A DNA stretch of 64,000 bases from a virus, in the IMG/VR virus record IMGVR_UViG_3300010885_015027, positions 12,733 to 76,732 of that record; one strand, 5' to 3'. The position numbers and the translations under genes are program-made. A model generated the notes under the pieces. The model was not told the origin of the DNA. It did no database searches and saw nothing but the letters and a program-made list of their open reading frames with translations. This document shows, piece by piece, positions 9,647 through 19,799 of the stretch (its first letter is position 1; each line of letters begins with the position of its first letter).

Positions 9647-10150
9647 ATGAGTGCATTGCAATATTATAAAATATACGATGATGTCGTTGATCCGAATTAT
9701 GCGACAGAATCATCTGCTTGTTTTGATATCAGGTCTTATCTGAAAAATGGTAATAGGGTCCGATGTTACACTCCATCAAACAGAGAAATTTCGGTCGCAG
9801 TTACGGAGAATGCAGTCACGATCAAGCCAGGTGACAGAATGTTGATTCCAACAGGTCTAATCTTCGATATTCCGAAGGATTATTCTGTTAGGATTCATAT
9901 TCGCTCTTCCGTGGCATTAAAACAAGGTTTATTTCTTGCCAATTCAGAAGGAATAGTTGATTCTGATTATTTCCATGAAACATTTGTAATCTTAGCGAAT
10001 AAGAGTAATAATACAGTTTCGATTAAAGATGGTGAGAGAATTGCGCAAGGTGAACTTGTTAAGATAGAGTCATCCCTGTTAACTCGAACTTTAGTGAAAC
10101 CAGAACAGTCAACCGACAGAGTCGGTGGAATTGGTTCTACAGGTAAATAA
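9647..10150 (+). CDS. dut: dUTPase (trimeric)
   Basis: ACFDI, RSS, GIVDSDY, RIAQ, RVGGIGSTG motifs. Confidence 0.95.
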   Translation: MSALQYYKIYDDVVDPNYATESSACFDIRSYLKNGNRVRCYTPSNREISVAVTENAVTIKPGDRMLIPTGLIFDIPKDYSVRIHIRSSVALKQGLFLANSEGIVDSDYFHETFVILANKSNNTVSIKDGERIAQGELVKIESSLLTRTLVKPEQSTDRVGGIGSTGK

Positions 10151-10152
10151 TA

Positions 10153-11154
10153 ATGATTTTAAATCGTGATGAATGTTTAGATTTTGATGATGTTATGATC
10201 GAACCCAAGATTACTCAGATCTCTTCAAGATCTGAAGTGGATCTTGAATATGTCTATGTTAGACCTTATGATGATAAAAAGATTTCCTGGAAAGGAATCC
10301 CTATCATTACGGCAAATATGGATAAAATTGGGACACTTAAAGTTTCACGAGTCTTATCAGAATATAAGATTTTGACTTTTTTACATAAATATCACACTGT
10401 AGATGATTTGAGAGGAAATGATTATGATTCTGAATATATTGGCATTTCTGCTGGGATTTCTCCTAGTGAATTTGAGAATGTTACACAAATATTAGCTTAC
10501 AATCCAAACATTAAATTTATTTGTTTAGATGTTGCTAATGGATATATGTCTACCTTCCATGAAGTAGTTAAGAAGTATGCAATCAGCTTTCCGGATGTCT
10601 TCATAGTTGCAGGTAATGTTGTCGAACATTACGGTTCCGAAGCTCTGAAGCGATCAGGTGCAGACTTAATTAAATGTGGTATTGGATCTGGTGCTGTGTG
10701 CACAACAAGAGCAAAAACTGGAGTCGGTTTACCACAGTTTTCTTGTATCGAAAAATGCACCAAACATATGGGCAGTTATCCATTCCGCATGGATATTATT
10801 TCTGATGGTGGTTGCAAGACACCGGGAGATATCGCGAAAGCTTTCGGAGCTGGAGCTAAGTTTGTTATGATCGGTGGAATGCTTGCCGGACATGATGAAA
10901 CTGGAACTGAATTTTATGGTATGTCTTCTGATGAAGCAATGAAGGCATATTCCGATGGGCCGAGTTCGTATAGAACATCAGAAGGAAAGAGAGTTAATAT
11001 AGAATCAAAAGGACCTCTTGTAAATACAATTAAAGATATTCTCGGTGGTCTCAGATCTGCTCTTTCGTATACAAATTCCAAAACTATGGCAGATTTCATT
11101 GGAAAACAGACATTTAATGTAGTTCGACGACAGATGAATAATTTATTTGATTAA
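10153..11154 (+). CDS. guaC: GMP reductase
   Basis: ANMD, DVANGY, GIGSGAVCTTR, SDGGC, FYGMSS, YRTSEG. Confidence 0.9.
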   Translation: MILNRDECLDFDDVMIEPKITQISSRSEVDLEYVYVRPYDDKKISWKGIPIITANMDKIGTLKVSRVLSEYKILTFLHKYHTVDDLRGNDYDSEYIGISAGISPSEFENVTQILAYNPNIKFICLDVANGYMSTFHEVVKKYAISFPDVFIVAGNVVEHYGSEALKRSGADLIKCGIGSGAVCTTRAKTGVGLPQFSCIEKCTKHMGSYPFRMDIISDGGCKTPGDIAKAFGAGAKFVMIGGMLAGHDETGTEFYGMSSDEAMKAYSDGPSSYRTSEGKRVNIESKGPLVNTIKDILGGLRSALSYTNSKTMADFIGKQTFNVVRRQMNNLFD

Positions 11155-11156
11155 TT

Positions 11157-11555
11157 ATGAAAAAGATCTTCAATGACTTAGTATCATGGGCTTTTAACGA
11201 ATACGATATTGAAGTTCAGATTGACTCCACATATTATGAGTTTGCACAAACGAAAGAAGAAGATAGAATTGTAAATGGTATTGCAGGTGCCGATGGTTAT
11301 ATTACTCTCTATGTAGATCGAAAAAACATAGAGGCCTCTTGGGACAAATTAACTTCTATGTTAATACACGAAATAGGTCATGTTATTCTATTTCAAGAAG
11401 ATAAATGTTGGCATACAGAAAAACAAGCTTGGATTTGTGGAATACAAACAGTTCCAAAGAAATTTCACCCGAAAGATCTGGGCATCCATTGTCAGGAATG
11501 TCTGGAAACTTACAATTATGTCCGATTTGGTTGGATTTCTAAGGCAATACTTTGA
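11157..11555 (+). CDS. HEXXH zinc metallopeptidase-like protein (paralog of 24743-25180)
   Basis: LIHEIGH...HTEKQAW. Confidence 0.65.
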   Translation: MKKIFNDLVSWAFNEYDIEVQIDSTYYEFAQTKEEDRIVNGIAGADGYITLYVDRKNIEASWDKLTSMLIHEIGHVILFQEDKCWHTEKQAWICGIQTVPKKFHPKDLGIHCQECLETYNYVRFGWISKAIL

Positions 11556-11623
11556 ATATCTGTATTTTATAAATAGATATATATCCTACAATTATAGCTA
11601 TAGGGATCAAGGAGAAATATCAC

Positions 11624-12355
11624 ATGCCACTATGGGGAAATAAAGAAGTAAAATTTCTATCAGGAACATCAGTTAACACAATCGGTGCAACAGGTGTAAC
11701 TTTAATCGGCTCAACAGGCGCATTATTTTTATCAGAAGTCAGATCTGGAGATCTATTCGTACAAGGGCCAACTTCGCAGAAAGCTGAAGTCCTTACTGTA
11801 AATTCTAATTTTTCTATTACATTGGCCAGTGCAATATATCTAGCAGCCGGTTCAACTGGATTTTTCGTTTCTGAGATGCCAAAATATCTTTCTGAAACAG
11901 AAAAGAAGACACAAACATTCGGTGTAGATACAAAAGAAATGGGCGCAACTGGACCCACAGGTACCAAAATCAATCCAGGTCCAGGACATGCTGGATGGGT
12001 TAAAGTTGTTCAACAATCAGGATATGTTTCATCAGTTTCGTTAAACACAACTGGTGCTACTGGATATAATCCAGCTGTTCTTCCAAATGTTAGTTTTTCT
12101 GGAACAGGTGGTGCTTCTGGTGTTGCTGTTGTTTCTTCTGCTGGGGCTGTTACATCGGTTACAGTAACAAATGCTGGTTCTTACACAACTACTGCGCCAA
12201 CTGTTACAATCGGTTCTACCGGGGCAACTGGTGTAGTCGGAACAGTTATCATGGGTGGAAGATTTAATCGTAAGATTCATGAAACTTTAGTTGCTTTGCG
12301 TGTTCCTGCGGCGACAATGGGTGACGCTGAAGATACGATCTTCCCAGACGCATAA
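11624..12355 (+). CDS. virion structural/decoration protein, G(A/S)TG-rich
   Basis: MPLWG N-terminus, HAGWV, ETLVA...DAED..FPD C-terminus; late-type TATAAATA upstream. Confidence 0.65.
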   Translation: MPLWGNKEVKFLSGTSVNTIGATGVTLIGSTGALFLSEVRSGDLFVQGPTSQKAEVLTVNSNFSITLASAIYLAAGSTGFFVSEMPKYLSETEKKTQTFGVDTKEMGATGPTGTKINPGPGHAGWVKVVQQSGYVSSVSLNTTGATGYNPAVLPNVSFSGTGGASGVAVVSSAGAVTSVTVTNAGSYTTTAPTVTIGSTGATGVVGTVIMGGRFNRKIHETLVALRVPAATMGDAEDTIFPDA

Positions 12356-12364
12356 TTGATAACC

Positions 12365-12390
12365 AAGGGGAACTTCACGGTTCCCCTTTT
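12365..12390 (+). terminator. rho-independent terminator
   Basis: AAGGGGAAC...GTTCCCCTTTT. Confidence 0.8.
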
Positions 12391-12403
12391 ATTAGGATAA
12401 TTT

Positions 12404-12499
12404 ATGATTGAAATATGTAAAATTCTATTTATGTTGATAATTGTTTGGATTGTAGCATACGTTCTTGATTTAATTGGAAAACGAACGAATCTATTTTAA
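12404..12499 (+). CDS. small membrane peptide (31 aa, not in ORF track)
   Basis: MIEICKILFMLIIVWIVAYVLDLIGKRTNLF with AGGA SD. Confidence 0.4.
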   Translation: MIEICKILFMLIIVWIVAYVLDLIGKRTNLF

Positions 12500-12591
12500 A
12501 TGCTTGCTAATTTATTGTAAATAAGGTATAATAAATATATGTGGAATGCCTAATTGGATTCCATAATATAACTCGCTTTAAATAGGAGACA

Positions 12592-13038
12592 ATGATGACA
12601 ATCAGACGAATTAACTTAGATAATTTAGACGCAACACTTCCACCACCCCTCTTTTCTTATAATGATGTAACTTCCTTCTGGACTCAGGAAGCCAAATTAA
12701 ATGGTTCATTTCCACCATATAATCTTTCAAAGAATTCAGATTCAACAGCCTTCAATCTTAAATTAGCGATTGCCGGATTCGGTCCAGAAGACATTTCTGT
12801 ATCCGTTGAAGATAATCATCTAATTATCAAAGGGGATGCTGAGACTCTGACTCTTGATACAGGCAATACTTATGTTCATAAGGGAATTGCTGAGAGATCG
12901 TTTACAAGATCTTTCACATTAGGGGATTATGTTGAGGTGAAAGATGTATCTTATAAAAATGGTATTCTAGATGTCTATATGGAACTAGTCTTACCAGAAC
13001 ATAAGAAACCGAAACAGTTTCAAATTACAAATAAGTAA
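12592..13038 (+). CDS. hsp20: small heat-shock protein Hsp20
   Basis: FPPYN, AIAGF, HKGIAERSFTRSF, NGIL, PEHKKP. Confidence 0.93.
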   Translation: MMTIRRINLDNLDATLPPPLFSYNDVTSFWTQEAKLNGSFPPYNLSKNSDSTAFNLKLAIAGFGPEDISVSVEDNHLIIKGDAETLTLDTGNTYVHKGIAERSFTRSFTLGDYVEVKDVSYKNGILDVYMELVLPEHKKPKQFQITNK

Positions 13039-13043
13039 AAAAA

Positions 13044-13063
13044 TGGGGAACTCCGGTTCCCCA
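13044..13063. terminator. hairpin terminator
   Basis: TGGGGAAC-TCCG-GTTCCCCA flanked by A tracts. Confidence 0.6.
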
Positions 13064-13091
13064 AAATTAATCTATAACAGGTATTGAATAC

Positions 13092-13358
13092 ATGAAAATT
13101 TTGAAATTTGGCGCCGAATGGTGTGCCGCTTGTAAAGCTCTAGAACCCATTATTACTGATTTAATCACTCAAAATTTGGATCATGAATTTATTTCAATCG
13201 ATGTTGATGATCCTGACTCTTCGGAAATAACACAACAATATAAGATTAAATCGATTCCAACAACCATTTTTGCGAATCGTCGTGACGAAGAATTGTTCAG
13301 ATTTACTGGTGTAAAGAAGAAGAATCAGATCCAGGAATATATTGACGAGCTGTCGTAA
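13092..13358 (+). CDS. trxA: thioredoxin
   Basis: WCAACK, IKSIPT. Confidence 0.88.
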   Translation: MKILKFGAEWCAACKALEPIITDLITQNLDHEFISIDVDDPDSSEITQQYKIKSIPTTIFANRRDEELFRFTGVKKKNQIQEYIDELS

Positions 13359-13585
13359 ATGACTGACAAGGAAAAAAAATATACAAATATGAAGAACTTC
13401 TACATACGATACAAATGTATGCAGAAGTAAATATGGATAACGAGAAATTATCTAATATTATAAGTAATATTTGTAGATGGTCGTACGTTCACAGAATAGG
13501 CAACGGCGAATTAAGTGAGGAACAGCAAAATGATTACATTAGAAAAGCTTTCGACAAATTACTCGAAATTAAAAGAAAAAATTGA
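13359..13585 (+). pseudogene. small gene split by a frameshift in an A8 run (13372-13379)
   Basis: MTDKEKK then -1 frame IYKYEELLHTIQMYAEV...WSYVHRIGNGELSEEQQ...KRKN*. Confidence 0.55.
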
Positions 13586-14153
13586 AGACATTATTTTAGA
13601 TGTTATTGCTGAGTACAAGAACATAGCTGACTGGTGTGCATACAGGACTGTGCGAAAATATCACATTGTTGATACGAAATTGAAACCTGGTTATCATGAA
13701 TCTGATACACTTATCATGCACTCAGTTTTTTCGATTCTAGTAGATTTTGTAGAGATGCAAAAAGCTTGGATGCATGTAATCTGTGATGATGATTTATATT
13801 GCAAATTATCATGGTTTGAAAGAAAATTTCGATATCAAAATTTCCGTTCTGCCCAATATGGTATTGCTTATCTAAACTGGGAAATAACCGAAACTAATGC
13901 AAGACAATCGGAAGCTGCACAAGAAATCTTAGATCTATACACTTGGTGGACAGTAACACGTCCACAAAGAGTAGATCCTGCCGTCTTATGTGGTTATAAT
14001 GATGTGTTTACTGATAGTCTAACATCTGCAGAGAGGTTAACTAAATTATCACCAATACTTAGAAATATGAACAAGATTGAAGATAAGTATGAAAAGGAAG
14101 ACGAGAAGATGATGATTCGTCTGATTAAAGTGAGGATATCACTGTGGACGTAA
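13515..14153 (+). CDS. conserved phage hypothetical protein
   Basis: LKPGYHE, LVDFVE, EILDLYTWWT..RP.R.DP, EDEKMMIRLIKVR..LWT. Confidence 0.7.
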   Translation: MRNSKMITLEKLSTNYSKLKEKIEDIILDVIAEYKNIADWCAYRTVRKYHIVDTKLKPGYHESDTLIMHSVFSILVDFVEMQKAWMHVICDDDLYCKLSWFERKFRYQNFRSAQYGIAYLNWEITETNARQSEAAQEILDLYTWWTVTRPQRVDPAVLCGYNDVFTDSLTSAERLTKLSPILRNMNKIEDKYEKEDEKMMIRLIKVRISLWT

Positions 14154-14398
14154 CTAATTTAGAAGAATCCATTTATGAGAGACCGCTGTCTGTAAGCGGA
14201 GATCTATTAGTTGGGACAACATATTTAAAGGTCAACAATAATTCCCATTGTGAATGGGCCAGATTAAAGGATGATTTCAAAACCTTGATCATTAATCCTG
14301 ATAATATGTCTTCAGATATTAATATAATTATTCAGATCAGAGAAAAAGAATATTCGATTACCCGAGAACAAATTAAGTCCCTTGTGGATAAAATATGA
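14144..14398 (+). CDS. hypothetical protein
   Basis: overlapping-operon ORF. Confidence 0.5.
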   Translation: MDVTNLEESIYERPLSVSGDLLVGTTYLKVNNNSHCEWARLKDDFKTLIINPDNMSSDINIIIQIREKEYSITREQIKSLVDKI

Positions 14399-15015
14399 CA
14401 AAAGAATTAATGGATCCAATTTTAAAAGCTTTCGTTACTTGCGGAATAGATAATATCTATCTACAGAAAGCTATCCTTGCTAATATAGAAAAAGAGTGTG
14501 GAGGAATTCCTTCTGCGGAAAATCTAAATTATTCTAAAACTTCTAATACAAGAATTAGATCTATTTTTGGTTCCAGAGTTGCGTCTTTTTCTGAAGAAGA
14601 ACTTAATAATGTAAAGAAAACACCAGAATCATTTGCAGAAGTTGTTTATGGTGCCAAGACTACTGTTGGACGATCGATGGGTAATCTGGAACCTGGTGAT
14701 GGATGGAAATATCGTGGGAGAGGATATATCCAATTAACTGGAAAGGCTAATTATTCATCAAATGGAAAAGCTAATGGTTTCGATTTAATCAATAATCCAG
14801 ATATTCTGGTTAATGATAGAATATCTTCTGCTATTGTTTCTGTTAACTTTGTTAAGCGAGGATTGGCTAAAGTAATCACTTTTGATTCACAAGAATCAGC
14901 TAATCGAGCTGTCACACAAGTAATCGGTGGACGAGGATTAAATCTCGATTCGGGGTACGGCGCAGAATTGCTCGCAAAAGTAGACAAGTTTGCGACAGAT
15001 ATAAACTTTTCATGA
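14395..15015 (+). CDS. GH19 (chitinase-like) endolysin/lysozyme
   Basis: KECGG..AENLNY, GN..PGDGWKYRGRGYIQLTGKANY. Confidence 0.88.
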   Translation: MTKELMDPILKAFVTCGIDNIYLQKAILANIEKECGGIPSAENLNYSKTSNTRIRSIFGSRVASFSEEELNNVKKTPESFAEVVYGAKTTVGRSMGNLEPGDGWKYRGRGYIQLTGKANYSSNGKANGFDLINNPDILVNDRISSAIVSVNFVKRGLAKVITFDSQESANRAVTQVIGGRGLNLDSGYGAELLAKVDKFATDINFS

Positions 15016-15761
15016 AATATTGCGTCAATGCGTTGATTATGTCAGATCTGCATTTGGGTACACATGCATGCAATGCAGATCTGATTATTTCTGTACTTAA
15101 ATATTTTGATGCCAAGATTATAATCTTAAATGGCGACGTCATAGATTTCTGGCAACTTAGTAACACAAGATCATGGAAAAAAGAACATAATGATATCTTA
15201 AGGATACTATTTAAAATAGCCAGAGATGGAAAAACCATAATATATTGTACTGGTAATCATGACGAAATCTTAAGAGATTTCAGTCCATTTTCTTTAGACA
15301 ATATTCACGTTGTTGATCGATATGAATATATTTCAGAAGTCAATAGAATACTGATCGTGCATGGTGACGCATTCGATTTTGTTATCAAATCTAATAAATG
15401 GTTGGCCAAAATTGGATCCATTGCATACGATTTTCTGATTATTGTTAATAGATATTTCAATAAGTTTAGAAAAGCCATTGGATTAGATTATTGGTCTCTT
15501 TCAAAATATCTCAAAACAGAAACCAAAAAGAGAATTGGGATCCTACATCAATTCGATAAATTAGTTGTGGCTTATGCAAAAGAAGAAGGTTTCGATAAGG
15601 TATGTGTTGGCCACATACACATACCAGAATCCAGGATGATCGAAGGTGTGCAATACATAAACACTGGAGATATGTGTGAAACAGGTTCGTTTTTAATTGA
15701 AACACTTGACGGTCGCTTGCAATTGATAACGGATTTCGAACAGTTTAAACGTAAATTGTAA
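15012..15761 (+). CDS. LpxH-like metallophosphoesterase (UDP-2,3-diacylglucosamine hydrolase family)
   Basis: SDLHLG, NGDVID, GNHD, HGDAFD, GHIH, NTGD. Confidence 0.82.
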   Translation: MKYCVNALIMSDLHLGTHACNADLIISVLKYFDAKIIILNGDVIDFWQLSNTRSWKKEHNDILRILFKIARDGKTIIYCTGNHDEILRDFSPFSLDNIHVVDRYEYISEVNRILIVHGDAFDFVIKSNKWLAKIGSIAYDFLIIVNRYFNKFRKAIGLDYWSLSKYLKTETKKRIGILHQFDKLVVAYAKEEGFDKVCVGHIHIPESRMIEGVQYINTGDMCETGSFLIETLDGRLQLITDFEQFKRKL

Positions 15762-15800
15762 GAGTTGCTTTTTTTGTTACGATAAGGTATAATAGTTACT

Positions 15801-18317
15801 ATGGATAAAATTTATACGAATATTCAGTCCTGGGGAAATACGCTGTATGTTCGATATCTTGAGAATGGTAAAAAATCACAAGAACGGATAACCGATTTTC
15901 ATCCTCGTGTCTGGATTCCTGCGTCGACAGTATCAACGCAGACGGATTATAAGAATCTACAAGATTATCCTGTAATCGAGTTTGATGCAGGGAATATTAA
16001 AGAAACTCGTGATTTCATCGAACGAAACAGGGGTGTAGGAAATTTTGCTGTGTATGGCAATATACAACCTCAATATCAGTGGATTTCACAAAATTGTACT
16101 GGGTCTATTCCTTGGAAGACATCAGATATTGTAGTTGCTTATATCGATATTGAATGTACTTGTGAGAATGGGTTTCCTTCTATCTCTGATGCGGCTGAAG
16201 AGATTAATGCCATCACTATTAAGTTCTCTAATCTAGAAAAAAAGATCGTTCTTGGCTTTGATCATTTTTCTGGTGAGATTGACAATGCAATCTATATTCC
16301 TTGTGAGACAGAAGAAATTCTTCTAGATAAATTCTTGAAGGTTTGGAAATCTAATTATCCCGATATTGTTTCCGGATGGCACGTTAAATTCTTCGATATT
16401 CCTTATCTAATTAATAGAATTAGCCGTGTATTTGGTGAATCGAAAACAAAATGTATTTCTCCTTGGAATATTCTTCGTGAAGAAACCATCGAGATAATGG
16501 GTAAGAAAGTTCAGACATATGATATGTTTGGTATCGCAATTCTAGATTATTTAGATCTATACAAGAAATTCACTTATTCTGCGCAAGAGAGTTACAAATT
16601 AGATTACATTGCTTCTGTTGAATTGGGTGAGAAGAAGCTAGATTATTCGGAACACGGTTCTCTTCATCTCCTGTATAAAGAAGATTATAATAAATTCATC
16701 CAATACAATGCGAAAGACGTAGATCTTGTTGTCTCGCTCGAGAATAAGATGAAATTAATTGAATTAGCCATGACAATGGCTTATGATGCTAAAGTTAATT
16801 TCGATGATGTTTTCTCTCAGGTAAGAATGTGGGATGTGATTATCTATAATCATCTCTTATCAAAAGGATACGTTATCCCTGATAGGCAGGAATCTAGAAA
16901 GGAAGAAATTGAAGGAGCTTATGTAAAAGAACCGAAACCTGGATTCTATAACTGGGTCGTGTCATTCGATTTACAATCTCTATATCCCCATTTAATCATG
17001 GGTGGTAATTTCTCTCCTGATACTATCGTAGATAAAATTATTCCTGGTGTATCTGTTGATCGCTTATTGACAAAATCTGTAGATCTCACTAATCTGACAG
17101 AAAACAATTATTCTATGTCGGCCACTGGCCAGTTATATACACGTGATAAATATGGCTTCCTTGCCGAGCTTATGTCATGGATGTTCGAACAACGAAAAAT
17201 CTATAAAACTAAGATGATTCAAGCAGAGAAAGATCTGGAAGAAGCAAAGAAGACTGGCCAGGATACATCACAAATTATTAATGATATTTCTAAGTATAAG
17301 AATCTTCAGATGGCCAAGAAGATTGCGTTGAATTCAGCTTATGGAGCAATTTGCAATCGCTACTGTAGATATTCTGATAAAAGAATAGCAGAATCGATTA
17401 CTATTACTGGTCAACTAGCTATCCGTTGGATTTCAAATAGATTAAATGAGTATTTACAGAATCTATTGAAAACTAGAAAGGATTATGTGATAGCTGCTGA
17501 TACAGACTCGTGTATTTTAAATCTTGAAGATGTTGTTACTAAATTCTTCCCAAATAAAACAAAAGAACAGATTATTGATCTGATTGATGAGACTTGTCAA
17601 GTTAAATTGCAAAAAGTAATTAATGATTCATACGAAGATCTAGCAGTTTATTTAAATTCATATTCACAAAAAATGATTATGAAAAGAGAAGCTATCGCCG
17701 ATCGTGGTATCTGGACTGCAAAGAAGAGATATATCTTATCTGTATATGATTCTGAAGGAGTTAGATATACAGAACCGAAATTAAAGATTATGGGTATTGA
17801 AGCGATTAAATCATCAACTCCCAAATTTTGTCGAGATAAGATTAAAGAAGCAATTAAGATTATCATGACTGGTAATCAAAAAGATTTACATAATTATATG
17901 GATAAAATCAAGGAGATGTTTTTAACACTTCCTCCCGAAGATATCGCATTTCCTAGAGGAGTTAATAATCTATCAACATACTCTTCTAATATTTCAATAT
18001 ACACAAAAGGAACTCCAATTCATGTAAGAGGGTCGCTTCTATTCAATAATCTATTGAAGAAAAATGATCTACTTAAATCTTATACACAAATTCATGAAGG
18101 TGAGAAGATTAAGTTTTTGTATCTGAAAGAACCGAATCCTATTCGTGAGAATGTTATTTCTTTTAATTCAATTTTACCACATGAGTTTGGATTACACAAA
18201 TACATAGATTATAATCTTCAATTTCAGAAAACTTTCGTAGAACCAATTTCTACAATTTTAGAAGCTATTTCTTGGTCATCGGAAACGAAATCTACTCTAG
18301 ATTCCTTCTTTGACTAA
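15801..18317 (+). CDS. 43: family B DNA polymerase gp43
   Basis: DIE exonuclease, SFDLQSLYP, KIALNSAYG, DTDS, KKRY, SLDSFFD-type clamp tail. Confidence 0.97.
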   Translation: MDKIYTNIQSWGNTLYVRYLENGKKSQERITDFHPRVWIPASTVSTQTDYKNLQDYPVIEFDAGNIKETRDFIERNRGVGNFAVYGNIQPQYQWISQNCTGSIPWKTSDIVVAYIDIECTCENGFPSISDAAEEINAITIKFSNLEKKIVLGFDHFSGEIDNAIYIPCETEEILLDKFLKVWKSNYPDIVSGWHVKFFDIPYLINRISRVFGESKTKCISPWNILREETIEIMGKKVQTYDMFGIAILDYLDLYKKFTYSAQESYKLDYIASVELGEKKLDYSEHGSLHLLYKEDYNKFIQYNAKDVDLVVSLENKMKLIELAMTMAYDAKVNFDDVFSQVRMWDVIIYNHLLSKGYVIPDRQESRKEEIEGAYVKEPKPGFYNWVVSFDLQSLYPHLIMGGNFSPDTIVDKIIPGVSVDRLLTKSVDLTNLTENNYSMSATGQLYTRDKYGFLAELMSWMFEQRKIYKTKMIQAEKDLEEAKKTGQDTSQIINDISKYKNLQMAKKIALNSAYGAICNRYCRYSDKRIAESITITGQLAIRWISNRLNEYLQNLLKTRKDYVIAADTDSCILNLEDVVTKFFPNKTKEQIIDLIDETCQVKLQKVINDSYEDLAVYLNSYSQKMIMKREAIADRGIWTAKKRYILSVYDSEGVRYTEPKLKIMGIEAIKSSTPKFCRDKIKEAIKIIMTGNQKDLHNYMDKIKEMFLTLPPEDIAFPRGVNNLSTYSSNISIYTKGTPIHVRGSLLFNNLLKKNDLLKSYTQIHEGEKIKFLYLKEPNPIRENVISFNSILPHEFGLHKYIDYNLQFQKTFVEPISTILEAISWSSETKSTLDSFFD

Positions 18318-18367
18318 ATATTATAAACAGGTAGCTCCTGTATCAAACAGCAAAAGGTAAACAACAA

Positions 18368-19402
18368 ATGAATAAACTATTAGACAAGCTTCAGAAAGCT
18401 GGTTCGATTAAAAATGCAGAGATTCTTTCTGAATCTTCTTTCTTTAATGTGAAAGATTGCATTAGTACCGAACTACCGATTCTCAATATTGCATTTTCCG
18501 GAGAAATTGGTGGTGGATTAATTCCTGGGTTAACTGTGATTGCAGGACAATCTAAATCATACAAAACCCTATTATCTCTGTATTGTATGAAAGCTTATTT
18601 CGATAAGTACAAAGATTCAGTTGCGCTTCTTTATGATTCAGAATTTGGCATTACTCCTGAATATCTTACTATGAATGGGATTGACGCTTCTAGAATTATT
18701 CATATTCCAATCGAACATATCGAACAACTTAAATTTGATATTGTAAAGAGATTAAATGAAATTGTACGTGGTGATAAAGTATTCATCATGATCGATTCAA
18801 TCGGATCGCTTTCTTCTAAAAAAGAAGTAGACGATGCCACTGATGAGAAGTCAGTAGCCGATATGACTCGTGCTAAATCTATCAGATCATTACTAAGAAT
18901 TATTACACCACATCTTACGATGAAAGATATTCCGTGTCTTGCAGTGAATCACGTCTACCAGACAATGGAAATGTACAGTAAAGCAATTGTGGGTGGTGGT
19001 ACTGCTGTTACATATTCCGCAAATCAAATCTTTATCGTCACAAGATCACAAGAAAAAGATGGAACTGACTTAGTTGGTTACAACTTCACAATCAACATCG
19101 AAAAATCTAGATTCGTTAAAGAAAAGAGTAAATTAACATTCAATGTAAAATTTGATGATGGGATCAACAAATACTCTGGCTTAATGGATATTGCTCTAGA
19201 ATCAGGACATGTCATTAAACCGAAAGTTGGTTGGTATCAGAAACTAGGGGAAGAGAAGAATTATAGATTAGATAAAACTAACACTGCAGAATTTTGGAAT
19301 CCTTTATTGGAAGATAGCTCGTTTAAAGATTTCGTTATCTATAAATTCAAACTAACTAGTAAAATTTTAGTTGAGGAAGAAGAATTTGTGGTAGAAGATT
19401 AG
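18368..19402 (+). CDS. uvsX: RecA-like recombinase UvsX
   Basis: YDSEFG, IDSIG..SKKE, DMTRAK, GGG...YSA. Confidence 0.95.
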   Translation: MNKLLDKLQKAGSIKNAEILSESSFFNVKDCISTELPILNIAFSGEIGGGLIPGLTVIAGQSKSYKTLLSLYCMKAYFDKYKDSVALLYDSEFGITPEYLTMNGIDASRIIHIPIEHIEQLKFDIVKRLNEIVRGDKVFIMIDSIGSLSSKKEVDDATDEKSVADMTRAKSIRSLLRIITPHLTMKDIPCLAVNHVYQTMEMYSKAIVGGGTAVTYSANQIFIVTRSQEKDGTDLVGYNFTINIEKSRFVKEKSKLTFNVKFDDGINKYSGLMDIALESGHVIKPKVGWYQKLGEEKNYRLDKTNTAEFWNPLLEDSSFKDFVIYKFKLTSKILVEEEEFVVED

Positions 19403-19413
19403 AGGTAACTTGA

Positions 19414-19761
19414 ATGGCCAAGAAAAAAAGCATTAATGAAGAAAAGAATAAATCTTCGGATAACATTAAAGTAACATTTTTAATCACCGATCAGAAAAAC
19501 GAACAATCAGATAAAATAGTATTTAAAATTGATGATGGCCCCTTTTCTGGATGTATTGTCAATATACAAGATTTTAAATTTTCAGATGAGAATTCTACAA
19601 TAATGTTGTTTAATTATAATCTCGTTCATATTCCAGATGGAATCACGATTAACGATAAAAAAATCCAAAGCTTTATCAAGAAAGCTGTTGGAAATATATT
19701 ACGGCATGCTGTAAGAAACAATTTTGAAGAAACATCAAATTGCGTTTATGTTGAAGAATAA
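19414..19761 (+). CDS. hypothetical protein at the gp40 position
   Basis: between uvsX and 41; synteny only. Confidence 0.5.
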   Translation: MAKKKSINEEKNKSSDNIKVTFLITDQKNEQSDKIVFKIDDGPFSGCIVNIQDFKFSDENSTIMLFNYNLVHIPDGITINDKKIQSFIKKAVGNILRHAVRNNFEETSNCVYVEE

Positions 19762-19799
19762 ATTTTGACTATTACAATGAATTAAGGTATAATATATAT

